IMG/VR virus record: IMGVR_UViG_3300036985_003389
Coordinates: 1 to 60,218 of that record
Direction: 5' to 3' (one strand)
Origin: a virus
Taxonomy: Duplodnaviria; Caudoviricetes
Length of the DNA stretch: 60,218 nucleotides
Position 1 is the stretch's first letter; each line of letters begins with the position of its first letter. Positions 38,906 through 49,097 of the stretch are shown piece by piece. The position numbers were made by a program, and so were the translations under genes. The notes beneath the pieces were generated by a model. The model was not told where the DNA came from. It did no database searches and was given only the letters and a program-made list of their open reading frames with translations.

Positions 38906-39302
38906 GCAACCACGCCTTCTGACTGATCGATGCCTCTACCGTAACGATCGCCGTGTCCTTCTCGTCGTCGCTCGCCGGTCTAAACCCCAGCGCGTCTAGC
39001 CACGTCTCGGCGCGCGGCATGTCCGTATCACACATGGCCCAGATGTTCGTGACACCCAAGGCCATGGCAGCGGCCAGCCAGCGCCGGGTTGTCCGGTGCA
39101 GAAACATGCCATTCCTGACTGACGGATCATTCGAGCGAAAAAACACCCAAGCTCGGCCGCCGAAGAAATGCAGACCGGCATAGCCGATTGGTTGGCCATC
39201 GCGCACCGCGGTCAAACCAAATGCTGGATTGGTACTGATCACGCGTTCGAGCTTCTCGAAGTCGCTGGGATGAAACGGCCGGATCTTGAAGTCAGCGCTC
39301 AT
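38892..39302 (-). CDS. GNAT-fold virion assembly protein (T7 gp13-like)
   Basis: PIGYAG..WVF..RAETWLDALGF; follows tail tube B. Confidence 0.65.
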   Translation of the reverse strand: MSADFKIRPFHPSDFEKLERVISTNPAFGLTAVRDGQPIGYAGLHFFGGRAWVFFRSNDPSVRNGMFLHRTTRRWLAAAMALGVTNIWAMCDTDMPRAETWLDALGFRPASDDEKDTAIVTVEASISQKAWLHVGR

Positions 39303-41937
39303 TCTTGAACTCCGAGAGTACGAAACCGTGCAACTGAACCCAGTACGGGCTTTCCATCTCGAGACAGATGCGCGGGTCTTTGCTCAGCCCTTCCGGGATT
39401 GGTAGATCGTCGGTGGTTGCTGTCGTCAGGCCGGGACCGGAATCGTACTGGCTTTCCAGAGAGCGCTCTTTCAGTTCGTCCATGGCCGTAAACGACTGGC
39501 CATAGCGCAGCACCGGCATGCTCTCGTACAGCATGAACGAGATCCGCGTCGGCCGGCCTCGCATCGTCAAAGCCGTACCGCCCTGAGCGCCATAGGCCAG
39601 CTTCGAGCTCTTGTACCGCCCGCGATAGTAGAGCCCATAGCAGACTGGCGTCTTGGCCGACAACAGCTCAAAGGTGCCGTTGCTGGCCACCACGCGATCA
39701 GGATGGCGGGCTCCATCAGCCCATATCCGCACCGTCTTGCCTGCAAGGTGCTCGGCGCCCGTGATCGTCGCTGTAGCTGCGCCCGTGTAGAGTACGTTAC
39801 TGTCGAGCTGACGCGCATCCTGTGCATCGTCGAGATAGAGCGAGACCATGCGTTCCAGGTAGCGCCGGGTCAGGCTATTGATGGTCCGCTTGACCATCAC
39901 ATAGACCTCATCCTCATCCGCCGCCGGCAATACAGCCACGCTCTCGATCTCGCCATCTGTGACAATGCGCGACCATGCCGAGACATTCTCGTCCGGCTCC
40001 TGCAAGAGAACCAGCAATTGCCCGTCGCTACGCACGAACCAGTAGCGCGTGTCGGGATGGCGAGAGACGGCTATTTGCTTGAGCCCTGGCCGCCCGATCT
40101 TCTTGTGCATGCGATGCAGTGAGCGCGCCCGATAGCCCTGCCCCTCCACGTCATAGACCAGCTGCATGGCCCGAGTACCGGACCGGGCAATGAAGGCGGC
40201 GCGATTATCAACCACGATCGGATGCACCGGCGCCGCCCCGTAGGTGCTCACATTGCGCACCGTCAGATTGCTCGGCGTGATCGGCTCATCGAATGACGAG
40301 GCCCGCAACTCGACTTCGGAGCCGCTGGTCAACGCCACCAATCTCGAAAGCGGCACGATCGCGACAATCGGCTCTACACGACCCGTTGCCACCGTTCGCA
40401 ACACCGCGTCGTCGGCATCCTCGCCGAGCCCGAAGCTCTCGTAGGCGTCCGATGCCGACCCTGCGAAGCGGTCGCCGTAGCCCTCATAGAGGCGGCCATC
40501 ATAAAGACCGGTCCCCTTCGGCCAACCCTGCACCTCGCTCCAGGCACCTTCGCTCCATTCGCTCGTGGCCGTCGTACCGGCTAGCGTATCGACCACCTCG
40601 ACGCTGACGACCGTGGCCGACGTGAACCCAGTCACGCGGGCAACGCCCGTGCTCGACCCGCCCTGATACGTCAGGGTCACCACCGCCGTGCCGCTCGTGT
40701 AGGCGCTGCCAATGCCGATCCGGTAGTAGACGGTCTGATTGTCCAGACCATCACTAAATGACGTGTCGGCATTGCTCGCCGTTGATAGGTAGTCGGACCA
40801 GCCAGACGTATTGCCGATCGAACGCTGAATGACGACCGTTGCCGCCCATGTGCCGGTAACCCTGTAGGCCACGGTTCTGGCCGTTGTGCCGGCTCCCTGC
40901 ACCTTGATCGGCTCGGACCACTGGCTGACGCCGCTACTCGAGCGCGTGACCAGCTGGCCGTTGTGGGTGATCTCGAACAGGGCCCCGACATGGCCGGCCT
41001 TGAACAGCGACTTGTTGGCCGTCAGCGTGCCATTGCCCTGGATCACGCTGGGCGTGACCGTGATCGACTCGTCGGTGTTTGGCGACAGGAATGGCCCGTT
41101 GATCTCGTCTGTCGATACCAGAGACCACGATGCAGGCCCGCGGCGCTCGATCCGCTTCTTAGGCCCGACACCGCTCGAAATGAACATCACGTCGATGGAC
41201 TGCTCGCGTTCGAGCGTCGGAATGACAGCCTCGGTCCATGGCGTGGTCAGCACCAGATCGCCAGCCGCCGCAATGCCAACGCTCGTCACGTGGCGCGTGG
41301 CATAGGCCGTCGATGTGATGTCGAGATAGTAGGTCGCAGCCGTCGGCGTGAAGGCCAGCGAGTGCGAGCCCGTGCGCAGCGTCTGCTCAATCAGGATGTC
41401 ATCGGCCCCCGCCGTGCTGCCGATCCTGACTTTGACCGGACCGCGCGCGATCTCGACATTCAGGCCGTGCACCGTCCCGACATTGGCGGTCGTAATGGCC
41501 TGCCGCACGCCGGCAACGCTAGTCCCGTCCGATGACAGCACCAGGCCAGGTGCCGCCGATGTTGCAGTGCCGCCCCCCGACGATATGTTGGTCCAGACCG
41601 CCAAGTGCGGGAATGTGCCATCCGTGATCGCCGACGTGACAGCCTCGCGGATGACAACGCCGTCATCGTCGAAGATCCGCAATTCCAGATCGGACAGCAG
41701 CAGCAGATACTTGACCGTCGTCGAGTAGAAGAAGGGGATCAGGGTCGTGCGATCATCGGCCAGATTGGGCCGGACCAGGAATTCAAAGCCAGGCCGGAGC
41801 ATCATGGTCCCGGCCGTATCCGGCATGGTGTTCTCCATGATCTCGGCCGTCGCCGAATAGCCCTCCAGTGACACACGCGCCATGGCCTCCTTGCCAAGCT
41901 CGCCGCCGGCAAAGTTGACGAATGGTGCGTTGGCCAT
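39292..41937 (-). CDS. Tail tubular protein B / nozzle (gp12-like)
   Basis: NFAGGEL..RPGF start, 881 aa beta-rich, AWSR motif and synteny. Confidence 0.88.
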   Translation of the reverse strand: MANAPFVNFAGGELGKEAMARVSLEGYSATAEIMENTMPDTAGTMMLRPGFEFLVRPNLADDRTTLIPFFYSTTVKYLLLLSDLELRIFDDDGVVIREAVTSAITDGTFPHLAVWTNISSGGGTATSAAPGLVLSSDGTSVAGVRQAITTANVGTVHGLNVEIARGPVKVRIGSTAGADDILIEQTLRTGSHSLAFTPTAATYYLDITSTAYATRHVTSVGIAAAGDLVLTTPWTEAVIPTLEREQSIDVMFISSGVGPKKRIERRGPASWSLVSTDEINGPFLSPNTDESITVTPSVIQGNGTLTANKSLFKAGHVGALFEITHNGQLVTRSSSGVSQWSEPIKVQGAGTTARTVAYRVTGTWAATVVIQRSIGNTSGWSDYLSTASNADTSFSDGLDNQTVYYRIGIGSAYTSGTAVVTLTYQGGSSTGVARVTGFTSATVVSVEVVDTLAGTTATSEWSEGAWSEVQGWPKGTGLYDGRLYEGYGDRFAGSASDAYESFGLGEDADDAVLRTVATGRVEPIVAIVPLSRLVALTSGSEVELRASSFDEPITPSNLTVRNVSTYGAAPVHPIVVDNRAAFIARSGTRAMQLVYDVEGQGYRARSLHRMHKKIGRPGLKQIAVSRHPDTRYWFVRSDGQLLVLLQEPDENVSAWSRIVTDGEIESVAVLPAADEDEVYVMVKRTINSLTRRYLERMVSLYLDDAQDARQLDSNVLYTGAATATITGAEHLAGKTVRIWADGARHPDRVVASNGTFELLSAKTPVCYGLYYRGRYKSSKLAYGAQGGTALTMRGRPTRISFMLYESMPVLRYGQSFTAMDELKERSLESQYDSGPGLTTATTDDLPIPEGLSKDPRICLEMESPYWVQLHGFVLSEFKNER

Positions 41938-42540
41938 CTACCGCCCTTGCTCGCGATTGCCACGGCTCATCGGGGCCCGCGCCCACGATGACATGCGATG
42001 TAGCTTGGCCGGCTGCTGCAAAGCATCGAGATTGCGAGCCTCGGATTTGCGCTTCTTGGCCTGCCCCATCGCGAACTCGACCGATTTCGGATTGAGCTTC
42101 GGCGCCACACGGCTGGCCAGTTCAGCAGCCACCCAATCGGCAAAGGTTTGCGACCACTGGCCGGGCCGGTCGAACTTGTCGTGACTGAGATAGCGCACGT
42201 AGATCGTGTCGGCATCCGATGCGATGCGACCGCCTTCCAGCTTGTAGCGGATTGTCACGTCATTCTCGACGCCCGATTCCAACACGGCCAATAAACGGAT
42301 GCAGTCGGCCGGTAACTGGTAGAAATAGGCGTAGCCGAACTCAGGTGCCGCCACGAGCCGCGATAGCTGTGCTCGCTTTTCGGCCATCTGCCAGCCGGAC
42401 TGCTCGAAGCAGTAGGCCACACAGCCATCCCAGGCATTGCGCAACTGCAGCCCCGTCTCGCCCGTCTCATCGACGGTTTGCAAGGCCGATGTCGAACAGA
42501 TCCTGGCCGCCTCGTTGAAAATGTAGAGCTTATCCGCCAT
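41938..42540 (-). CDS. Tail tubular protein A / adaptor (gp11-like)
   Basis: W..AEKRAQL..FGYAYFYQLPADCIR..FADWVAAELA pattern. Confidence 0.85.
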   Translation of the reverse strand: MADKLYIFNEAARICSTSALQTVDETGETGLQLRNAWDGCVAYCFEQSGWQMAEKRAQLSRLVAAPEFGYAYFYQLPADCIRLLAVLESGVENDVTIRYKLEGGRIASDADTIYVRYLSHDKFDRPGQWSQTFADWVAAELASRVAPKLNPKSVEFAMGQAKKRKSEARNLDALQQPAKLHRMSSWARAPMSRGNREQGR

Positions 42541-43016
42541 CAGGCCGGCTCGGGCACGCGCTGCGTCGGGCTCGTGCGGCGATCATCCAGCCATTCCTCG
42601 GCGTCGGCCTTCTCCTTGTGGCCGATACTGAGCTTGACCACGCCCAGGATCACGCACCACTTCTCCGCCTTGCCCTTGAATTCGATGCGCGCCGCGTTCA
42701 GATCGGCAACCGGCAGCGATTCACCGGACCAGTCGTACTGCTCCATGACGCGGGAGAAAATGGATTGCGTCTCGGGGTCGACCTTAATGACGTACATCCG
42801 GGCGTAGAACTTGTGGTTCTCGTGCCCGATCTCGATCATATCGCCGGCCTTGATCCGGGCGTGACCGTGCCAGGCGAAGCCGGGGTCCATGGCCTCCTCG
42901 ATCCTCGTGCCGTGCTCGCACATGACGCAATGGCTGTTGCGGGCGTCGGCGGAATACTTGATGTCGCGAATGTGGGCCCGCTTCTTCTGCGATGGCCGGA
43001 ATTTGACGTTTGACAT
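42540..43016 (-). CDS. Hypothetical head-tail region protein
   Basis: GGAG RBS; translationally coupled to the adaptor gene. Confidence 0.6.
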   Translation of the reverse strand: MSNVKFRPSQKKRAHIRDIKYSADARNSHCVMCEHGTRIEEAMDPGFAWHGHARIKAGDMIEIGHENHKFYARMYVIKVDPETQSIFSRVMEQYDWSGESLPVADLNAARIEFKGKAEKWCVILGVVKLSIGHKEKADAEEWLDDRRTSPTQRVPEPA

Positions 43017-43075
43017 GTGGTGCTCCAGTTGGGGAGCGAGGGACACGATTGCCCCCCGCCGCTAAGCGTCCGTAC

Positions 43076-43372
43076 TCAGTCGGTATCGGTGCCACTCAAA
43101 GCTACCGCATCGGCCACGTCGATGGCCGTTGCCGACTTGGCATTGACGACATGCAGCCCTTGCGTGCCGTAAGCCTCGTTCGATGCGTTGAGGTTCGAGA
43201 CCGTCGTGCGCAAGATGAGATCGTAGATCTTAAGCCCCATGGGAATGGCGTCGACGAAGTAGTCAGCCGTGTCCAAGGTGGCCGCAGCATCAGCCGTCTT
43301 GTATGACCACATATTCGGATGGTCCGGGCCGCCCGACACGAGCAGCTTGAGATAAGCGCCGTTGAAAGCCAT
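43076..43372 (-). CDS. Small virion protein following the capsid (decoration-like)
   Basis: WSYKTADA..ADYF pattern; strong AGGAG RBS after the capsid gene. Confidence 0.7.
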   Translation of the reverse strand: MAFNGAYLKLLVSGGPDHPNMWSYKTADAAATLDTADYFVDAIPMGLKIYDLILRTTVSNLNASNEAYGTQGLHVVNAKSATAIDVADAVALSGTDTD

Positions 43373-43399
43373 TGTTGTGTTCTCCTGTTGTGTTGGCGC

Positions 43400-44227
43400 T
43401 TAGGTCAGGGCTGCGGTGTCGTCGTGGACCAGCTCGAAGATGCCGGAGAGCTGCAAGGCCTTGCTGCCCTGATAGCTCGTCACGCGAGCCCAGCTATAAT
43501 CGTGCTCCTCGTTCTGGCCGATCTTGGTTTGCATCTCGTCCATGTTCATGGCGTGCCCGACCGATGCCTTGTGGAACACGAAGCAACTGGCCGAGTTGGT
43601 CGTGACGCCGGGCAGATTGGGGTGCTTGGTCCACTTCACGCCCATCCACTGGCGCCACTGGACGTACTTCATGAACGGCTTGTCCGGCACCCAGTCACCC
43701 GAGGCGAACTGGTTGACGCGCATGGCCTGTGCCCACGCCATCGGCGTCAGCAGGCCGTACCGTTCGCCGTCATCCGGCACGTGGTTCTCGTCCAGCGTGG
43801 CCGTGGCCTCCAGCATCTTGGCCAAGCTGTTGGCCGCGGCAGCGCCCGACGTGAGCGTGGCCGTTTCGAGCTGATCGAGCACCAGCTGGTCGGTCTTGTA
43901 GTTGATGGACACCACGCCGCGGCTCTGCATCGACATGCGCTGCGGCACGCTCGACGAAAAGATGCGAAAGTTGTTCTTGCGCGCGAGGTGATGGTACTCC
44001 TTGAGCGTGCAAGTCAGGCTGGTCTGATCGTCGGTGGCGTAGGGGATGTTGCCGTTCGCGGCACGTTCCTTGGCCTCGTCGGCGACGCCCTCGATGATGA
44101 ACACGAAGTTGTCGCCCTTGACCTCGCCCTCGACCGACACGCAGCCGCGGAGATAGGACTCCTTCTGCTCATGCGCCTTGATCCACTCTTTCGAGTAGAG
44201 AGTCTGCATTACGGTATTGTCCGCCAT
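43400..44227 (-). CDS. Major capsid protein
   Basis: 275 aa between scaffold and tail tubes. LDENHVPDDGERY, WMGVKW and CFVFHKASVG motifs; strongly biased codons. Confidence 0.88.
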   Translation of the reverse strand: MADNTVMQTLYSKEWIKAHEQKESYLRGCVSVEGEVKGDNFVFIIEGVADEAKERAANGNIPYATDDQTSLTCTLKEYHHLARKNNFRIFSSSVPQRMSMQSRGVVSINYKTDQLVLDQLETATLTSGAAAANSLAKMLEATATLDENHVPDDGERYGLLTPMAWAQAMRVNQFASGDWVPDKPFMKYVQWRQWMGVKWTKHPNLPGVTTNSASCFVFHKASVGHAMNMDEMQTKIGQNEEHDYSWARVTSYQGSKALQLSGIFELVHDDTAALT

Positions 44228-44237
44228 TTTGGTTATT

Positions 44238-44410
44238 CCTGTGTGTTGTCAGATGGTTAATCGCTGATAACAACAGGCATCGCGTACCCATACATTCGGC
44301 AGCCGGTGTGCCCTTGCGGGGCCAGCTCGCGAATACTCGGGACAATGCTGCTGTGGGTCGGCAAGTGCTCGTAATGTGACGGGGCCGCCTGCAATGGCGG
44401 TGTGCCCGTC
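44238..44410 (-). promoter_or_regulatory. Structured leader upstream of the capsid gene
   Basis: Three stem-loops. Two share a GGGCACACC/GGCCCC internal-loop motif, and the third overlaps the capsid RBS. Confidence 0.5.
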
Positions 44411-44442
44411 GGGTCGTGATCGTGCAAAGTGCCTAATGAATG

Positions 44443-44760
44443 CTAGCCGCCGACGATGCCGAAGTAGCGCTTGCGAGGCTCGGGCCTCGGACGCACCACC
44501 TTCGGAAAGTCCTCGACATTGTGCGCCTCGGCTGCTTGCGCCTCGGCATGAGCGGCAGCAGCCCGGTCAGCCATTTCCCGCTCGACCTCGCCTGGCAATC
44601 GCTCCAGGCGCTGCTCAAGCCACAAGCCAAGCTCCTGGCGGGTCGTGAGTGCTGCGACCGCAACATCACCTTCCCAGGCAATGAAGCCGCGATCGGCCGG
44701 ACCGGTCACGCGAAAGCTCGTCGCCGACCGTGTTGGGAGTTCTGGCGGTGCGTCACCCAA
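44443..44760 (-). CDS. Hypothetical protein
   Basis: Part of an overlapping ORF chain between scaffold and capsid. Confidence 0.5.
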   Translation of the reverse strand: MGDAPPELPTRSATSFRVTGPADRGFIAWEGDVAVAALTTRQELGLWLEQRLERLPGEVEREMADRAAAAHAEAQAAEAHNVEDFPKVVRPRPEPRKRYFGIVGG

Positions 44761-45094
44761 AGGCTTTGGCCTTGTCCTGCATGGCAGCGGCTACCGGGTC
44801 CATTGCAATGTCGATCTCCCGACCATTCAGGATCTCGGATGCGGACTCGTAGTCGATACCCTGCTCCATCATGGCGGCCTTGTAGGCGCCGATCCATTGG
44901 GACCGCGTCTCGATCTTGATGGGCACTGGCGCCCGCCGCTTGCTGGCTTGGGATGGCGCGGCGCTGGCCGGCTCATCATCGGTGATGTCGGCAATCTTGG
45001 CCTTGATGCGCTCCCATTGACTGGCAGTCGGAGAATTCTCGACGTTCTCGGCAAAGCCCTCGAACCAGGACAGGAAATGAGCGAGCGTCGTCAT
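44753..45094 (-). CDS. Hypothetical protein (F..WFEGF.E...PT..QW..IK motif)
   Basis: TGATG coupling and a recurrent phage N-terminal motif. Confidence 0.65.
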   Translation of the reverse strand: MTTLAHFLSWFEGFAENVENSPTASQWERIKAKIADITDDEPASAAPSQASKRRAPVPIKIETRSQWIGAYKAAMMEQGIDYESASEILNGREIDIAMDPVAAAMQDKAKAFG

Positions 45095-45381
45095 CAGCTT
45101 TTCAGCATCCTCGTGACTTCGATAGCGTCATGGATCGTCTTCACCCCGCGAATCAGCCGGGTCACCTTGTCGGGGTTCGTTCGTGGCTGCCATGGACCAA
45201 CATCGACATAGTGCGGGCAGTCGATGATGGCTTGGCGAACCTGCTGCGGCGCCGCGTCGAAGCGCTCCATGAGCTTGCGCGATGCTTCTTCCTGACTGGC
45301 AATGTGGCGCTGCTCAGCCTCGGTCGGCGCCGGGCGCGGGCCAAGCTGCCGATACCTGTTCCTGTGCAGCAACCGTTTCAT
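45094..45381 (-). CDS. Hypothetical protein
   Basis: ATGA overlap with the scaffold stop. Confidence 0.55.
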   Translation of the reverse strand: MKRLLHRNRYRQLGPRPAPTEAEQRHIASQEEASRKLMERFDAAPQQVRQAIIDCPHYVDVGPWQPRTNPDKVTRLIRGVKTIHDAIEVTRMLKS

Positions 45382-46448
45382 GCCGCCCGTCCATTGCCCT
45401 GCCGACGCATCTGCACCGCGGTCAGACGCTGGACTTCCTGTTGCACAGCCGGGCTCGCATACTTGGCCCGGTCGGTACTCATCAGCCCCATCAGCTCGTT
45501 CAGGCGCTTGTCCACGTCGATGCCCTCCGTGCTCTCGCCGATCACGATCGCACCGTCGTCAGCCGCTTCCTTGGCGAGCTTGATGATGCCCTTGACGAAG
45601 CCGGTATGCTCGCCGAGCGCCGTCCCGTCGGCAAAGCGCTTGTCCAGGATGTTGCCGCCATTGGCATCGCGCAATTCCGGAAAGGTCTCCGACAGGAAGC
45701 GATTGGCCAGCTCGACATTCGGATTATAGTCCCGGCCGTACTCGACGCGAAGATCTTCCTGTGACTTCTCAGCAGCTGCCTTGGCCCGGTTGATGATCTC
45801 GCGCTGTGCCGTCTCCTGCACGCGATAATGAGCCTTGGCAAACAAATCGACCTGTTTTTGGCCGACATTGTTGGCGTGAGCGTCTTTCAGTACCTCGCCC
45901 CACATTTCCTTGTCTGTATCCGACATATCTCCGGCACCGTCCGGCCGCCAGATGGCGTACTTGTCGGCAGCTTCCGGCACACCGAAAGCTTTCCGGAAAG
46001 CTTGCACGTCCTCGGGCTTGTCATCCTTGCCCGTCGGCACCTTGACCCGGCCCTGTGCCAGTTCCTGGATCTTGGCATCGGCGTTGTAGGCGCCCTTGAA
46101 CAGATCAGAGATGCTCGACCGCGTACCCAGCCACTTCTCGGCCTTGGCCTTGGCATCCGTGCCTAACCCACCCAGCAGGAACTGGCGCATCTCGGCCGTG
46201 AGACTGTAGTCGGGCATGTTGCCCTTGGCCTCGATAGGCTTGCCATCGGCGCCAATCTTGGCCGCTTGGCCCTTGTCACCGCCGCCGGCATCGCCAGCCA
46301 CGCCAGCCTTGGCCGGATCGATCGCACCAGTAGCCGGTATCGTCTCAGTCGTGGCCGGCTTATCCAGCACAGCTACGCCGCCATCGCCAGTCCCTTGCTC
46401 ACCCTCAGGCGCACGAACCGGATTATTCAACCACGCAGTACGAAACAT
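45378..46448 (-). CDS. Capsid scaffolding/assembly protein
   Basis: VKVPTGKDDKPEDVQAFRKAFGVPEAADKY and LRVEYGRDY motifs. Located between portal and capsid; AGGAG RBS. Confidence 0.78.
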   Translation of the reverse strand: MFRTAWLNNPVRAPEGEQGTGDGGVAVLDKPATTETIPATGAIDPAKAGVAGDAGGGDKGQAAKIGADGKPIEAKGNMPDYSLTAEMRQFLLGGLGTDAKAKAEKWLGTRSSISDLFKGAYNADAKIQELAQGRVKVPTGKDDKPEDVQAFRKAFGVPEAADKYAIWRPDGAGDMSDTDKEMWGEVLKDAHANNVGQKQVDLFAKAHYRVQETAQREIINRAKAAAEKSQEDLRVEYGRDYNPNVELANRFLSETFPELRDANGGNILDKRFADGTALGEHTGFVKGIIKLAKEAADDGAIVIGESTEGIDVDKRLNELMGLMSTDRAKYASPAVQQEVQRLTAVQMRRQGNGRAA

Positions 46449-46550
46449 TCACGTCTCCTGATATTAATGCCGAGCATTTACCACGGCATGATCGCATTCA
46501 GCAGCAAATCGGCCACCACCATGTTGCCAACCACATCACAACCAACCACT

Positions 46551-46877
46551 TCATCGGCTTTCTTTCCGCGGCTGCGTCTGCAACACCAGCCGAATGGCCA
46601 GCGCAATCGAGTATCGGCCGAGCGCGAATGCCACGTCATCCGACTTGCCAGCACGGTACGGCGGATCACTGTCGCCACATGCAAAGAGCAACCAGCCCAA
46701 CGCACGCTGCTGCTGAATGGTATCCGCACGCCCGTCTCGCAGCGCCACGATCGCGCTTCTGTCGCTGTCGTCGAATGGGGGTGGTAGCTCGACATTGCGC
46801 GGCAGGGCTGTAGACCGGTCACGCTCGTCGATGTAGCCGTGCGCTTGGCCAACTTTGGCCCGCACCGGCCTACGCAT
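46551..46877 (-). CDS. Small post-portal protein (Bbp19-like position)
   Basis: QQRALGWLL..AFALGRYSIA; overlaps the portal stop. Confidence 0.65.
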   Translation of the reverse strand: MRRPVRAKVGQAHGYIDERDRSTALPRNVELPPPFDDSDRSAIVALRDGRADTIQQQRALGWLLFACGDSDPPYRAGKSDDVAFALGRYSIALAIRLVLQTQPRKESR

Positions 46878-48654
46878 CGATCAGTTCCTCGTCAGTCGGC
46901 GCGTCCGGCCAGCCGACCGCCTCGGGATAGCCCTGCCCGGTAACGTCCTGATAGGGCACGCCATCGACCATCGGGCCAACACCTTCGGGCGCCGGGAGCA
47001 TGCCAACCTTCTGAGCCGCGTCAATGCCGGTGTTGGCCACGTCAGCCATGCCCTGCATGTTGTCGACCGTCTCGGTTGCGGCCTGGCGCTGTGCGGCTTG
47101 CTCGACAAGCTGAGCCGCCTGCGCGCGCTTGGCCATGACCTGATCCATCGGCACGATCCAATCGGCATCGCCATCAATTGCCCGGCCAGCCGAGCGGGCG
47201 ATCTTGTCCAGATCGTAGTTGTCGAGGATGTCCTGGCGTCCGGTGGCCTGCACCGTCTCGCCCAACATGGTAACCGTCTCACGGGCGCGCATGAACTTCT
47301 GGCGCTCGTAGGCGATCTGGATCGGTGTGTCGAAGTCGTAGCCGAGATCGGCATCGACAAGTTCTGGCGGCAGTTCCTGTGGCGTGCCAAACCGGCCAAG
47401 CCGGAGACCCATCTGAAATGTCGCATCGAGCAGCCCGGTGTTGTCCTGCTCGAACGGCTCGACGACTGGTCCAATAGAGCGGATATACTCGCTGATGCGC
47501 TCACCAACCTCGTAGGCCGTCATGTCCTTGTCACTGGGTAGCGTGAGCTTGTTCAGGAAAAACGCCGCAGACAGCAATTGCCGCGTGTCCTGCTTCATCT
47601 CGAGGCCAATGCTGAGGTTCTGCCCCATCTCGATTGGGCGAATGGCATCGCCGAGCCGCTCGTCGTACTCGCTCGAGATGTAGTTGACGGCGCCAGCATA
47701 GATCTGCGCCTCGCCGATCACCTCGTCACGGGCCAGCATCGGCGGGCGGGCGCTGAACTCTCCTGCGTCCAGGATCACGCGTGACTGTGCTTGCAGCACA
47801 CGAGCATCAATCAGCCCGATCATGCTGGCCGGCGAGTAACCGTAGGGCGATCCATGCCGGAGGTTCCAGCGGCGCACGAGATACGGGAATTCCATGTACC
47901 CGCCCTCACGCACGATCTTGCGCGACTCGGGGCAGATGTAGACCGACATAAACGGCTTGTTCGGCTTCTTGAGCTTGGGCGATATCGGATTGTACTTGTC
48001 CGATTCCATGGCCACATGGATGATATCGACCTCGTGGAACGGATCTTTCTCGCAAATGCGGGAGTGCTTTTCGTCCATGGGAACGCCTGGGAAGGTGGCC
48101 TCCCAATTGCGCAGCGCCAGCTTGAACTTGCGAGCCAGCCAGTTGACCGTGCGCGTCCGGTCCTCCTGCCAGGCGCAGTCACGCAGATGATGGGTCTCGT
48201 AGATGATCGACCGATCGCGGGCCGGCCCCTCGGTCATGCTGTGCACGGCATTGCCGAACGCGATTACGTCGTTGTCGCCCTCTTGCAGCGAGGCCTGCCA
48301 ACGCGACTTGCCGGAGTAGATCAGCGACCGCATATCGTCGTTGGCATTGCCCAGCCACATCATGGCATGATCGGTAGCCCGCCGACGATCGCGCGGCTTT
48401 AACTTGAACCACTTCTTGGCCGGCGGGCGCATCAGTGATCCCATGGCATAGGCCAGCTCACGACGGTTCTGCGCCGGCGTGCTCTCGAACATGTTCTCGG
48501 CGAATTCCTCGCCCTCGCTGCGTACGCGCGTGAAATCGGCGCGTTCTGGATAGAACTCCTCGGCCAAACGCTGCCATAGACTGTCCAGGCCGAGCTTCTT
48601 CGAGAAGACCCGATCAGTCAGGCGAATGAGTTCGTCGGCGTTGGAGTCGGCCAT
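46870..48654 (-). CDS. Portal (head-to-tail connector) protein
   Basis: LWQRLAEEFYP, FGNA, EFPYLVRRW..YGYSP and MTAYEV motifs. Confidence 0.92.
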   Translation of the reverse strand: MADSNADELIRLTDRVFSKKLGLDSLWQRLAEEFYPERADFTRVRSEGEEFAENMFESTPAQNRRELAYAMGSLMRPPAKKWFKLKPRDRRRATDHAMMWLGNANDDMRSLIYSGKSRWQASLQEGDNDVIAFGNAVHSMTEGPARDRSIIYETHHLRDCAWQEDRTRTVNWLARKFKLALRNWEATFPGVPMDEKHSRICEKDPFHEVDIIHVAMESDKYNPISPKLKKPNKPFMSVYICPESRKIVREGGYMEFPYLVRRWNLRHGSPYGYSPASMIGLIDARVLQAQSRVILDAGEFSARPPMLARDEVIGEAQIYAGAVNYISSEYDERLGDAIRPIEMGQNLSIGLEMKQDTRQLLSAAFFLNKLTLPSDKDMTAYEVGERISEYIRSIGPVVEPFEQDNTGLLDATFQMGLRLGRFGTPQELPPELVDADLGYDFDTPIQIAYERQKFMRARETVTMLGETVQATGRQDILDNYDLDKIARSAGRAIDGDADWIVPMDQVMAKRAQAAQLVEQAAQRQAATETVDNMQGMADVANTGIDAAQKVGMLPAPEGVGPMVDGVPYQDVTGQGYPEAVGWPDAPTDEELIDA

Positions 48655-48869
48655 CAGTACGCGGAAGCCTTGTCCTGGCGGTTTTCTTCCATGCTCAGAA
48701 TGGACGAATTGGGCGGGGTCACGGCCCGCCGACGACGGCGCTCGTCCTCGTCGTCTGGCTTCATCATGTCGATTGCACCCATACCGCCGCCCTTGCCCTT
48801 CATGCTGCTCATGAGCATCGGGGCAAAGCCCATCATGCCGCTAGTAGCCAGCTTCTCTGCACTCGCCAT
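48654..48869 (-). CDS. Small hypothetical protein
   Basis: TGATG coupling to the portal gene. Confidence 0.5.
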   Translation of the reverse strand: MASAEKLATSGMMGFAPMLMSSMKGKGGGMGAIDMMKPDDEDERRRRRAVTPPNSSILSMEENRQDKASAY

Positions 48870-48872
48870 TGA

Positions 48873-49097
48873 TCACCCCGTCAAAACTTGCGAGCCGTAG
48901 CCCGATCTGGTTTCAGCCGATCCCATGTCGCCCATGCGGGACGATGTGAGCATTGTCGATTGCCGGCCACCGCTCTGGCCCGTCTTGGCAATGGTGCGCA
49001 GCCTCGTACGCCGTCCTGCCTCGCTGTCCTCGAACGGCATGGGCGTGACTGGCTTGGCTGCCGGCGCAGCGGGTGTGTCACCAAACATGCTGCTCAT
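48873..49097 (-). CDS. Small pre-portal virion protein
   Basis: GRQSTMLT...VLTG pattern typical of genes just before podoviral portals. Confidence 0.6.
   Translation of the reverse strand: MSSMFGDTPAAPAAKPVTPMPFEDSEAGRRTRLRTIAKTGQSGGRQSTMLTSSRMGDMGSAETRSGYGSQVLTG

Noticed and set aside
43390-43420. T7-like capsid frameshift extension
   Set aside because: No slippery sequence before the TAA, and the next gene has its own strong RBS.
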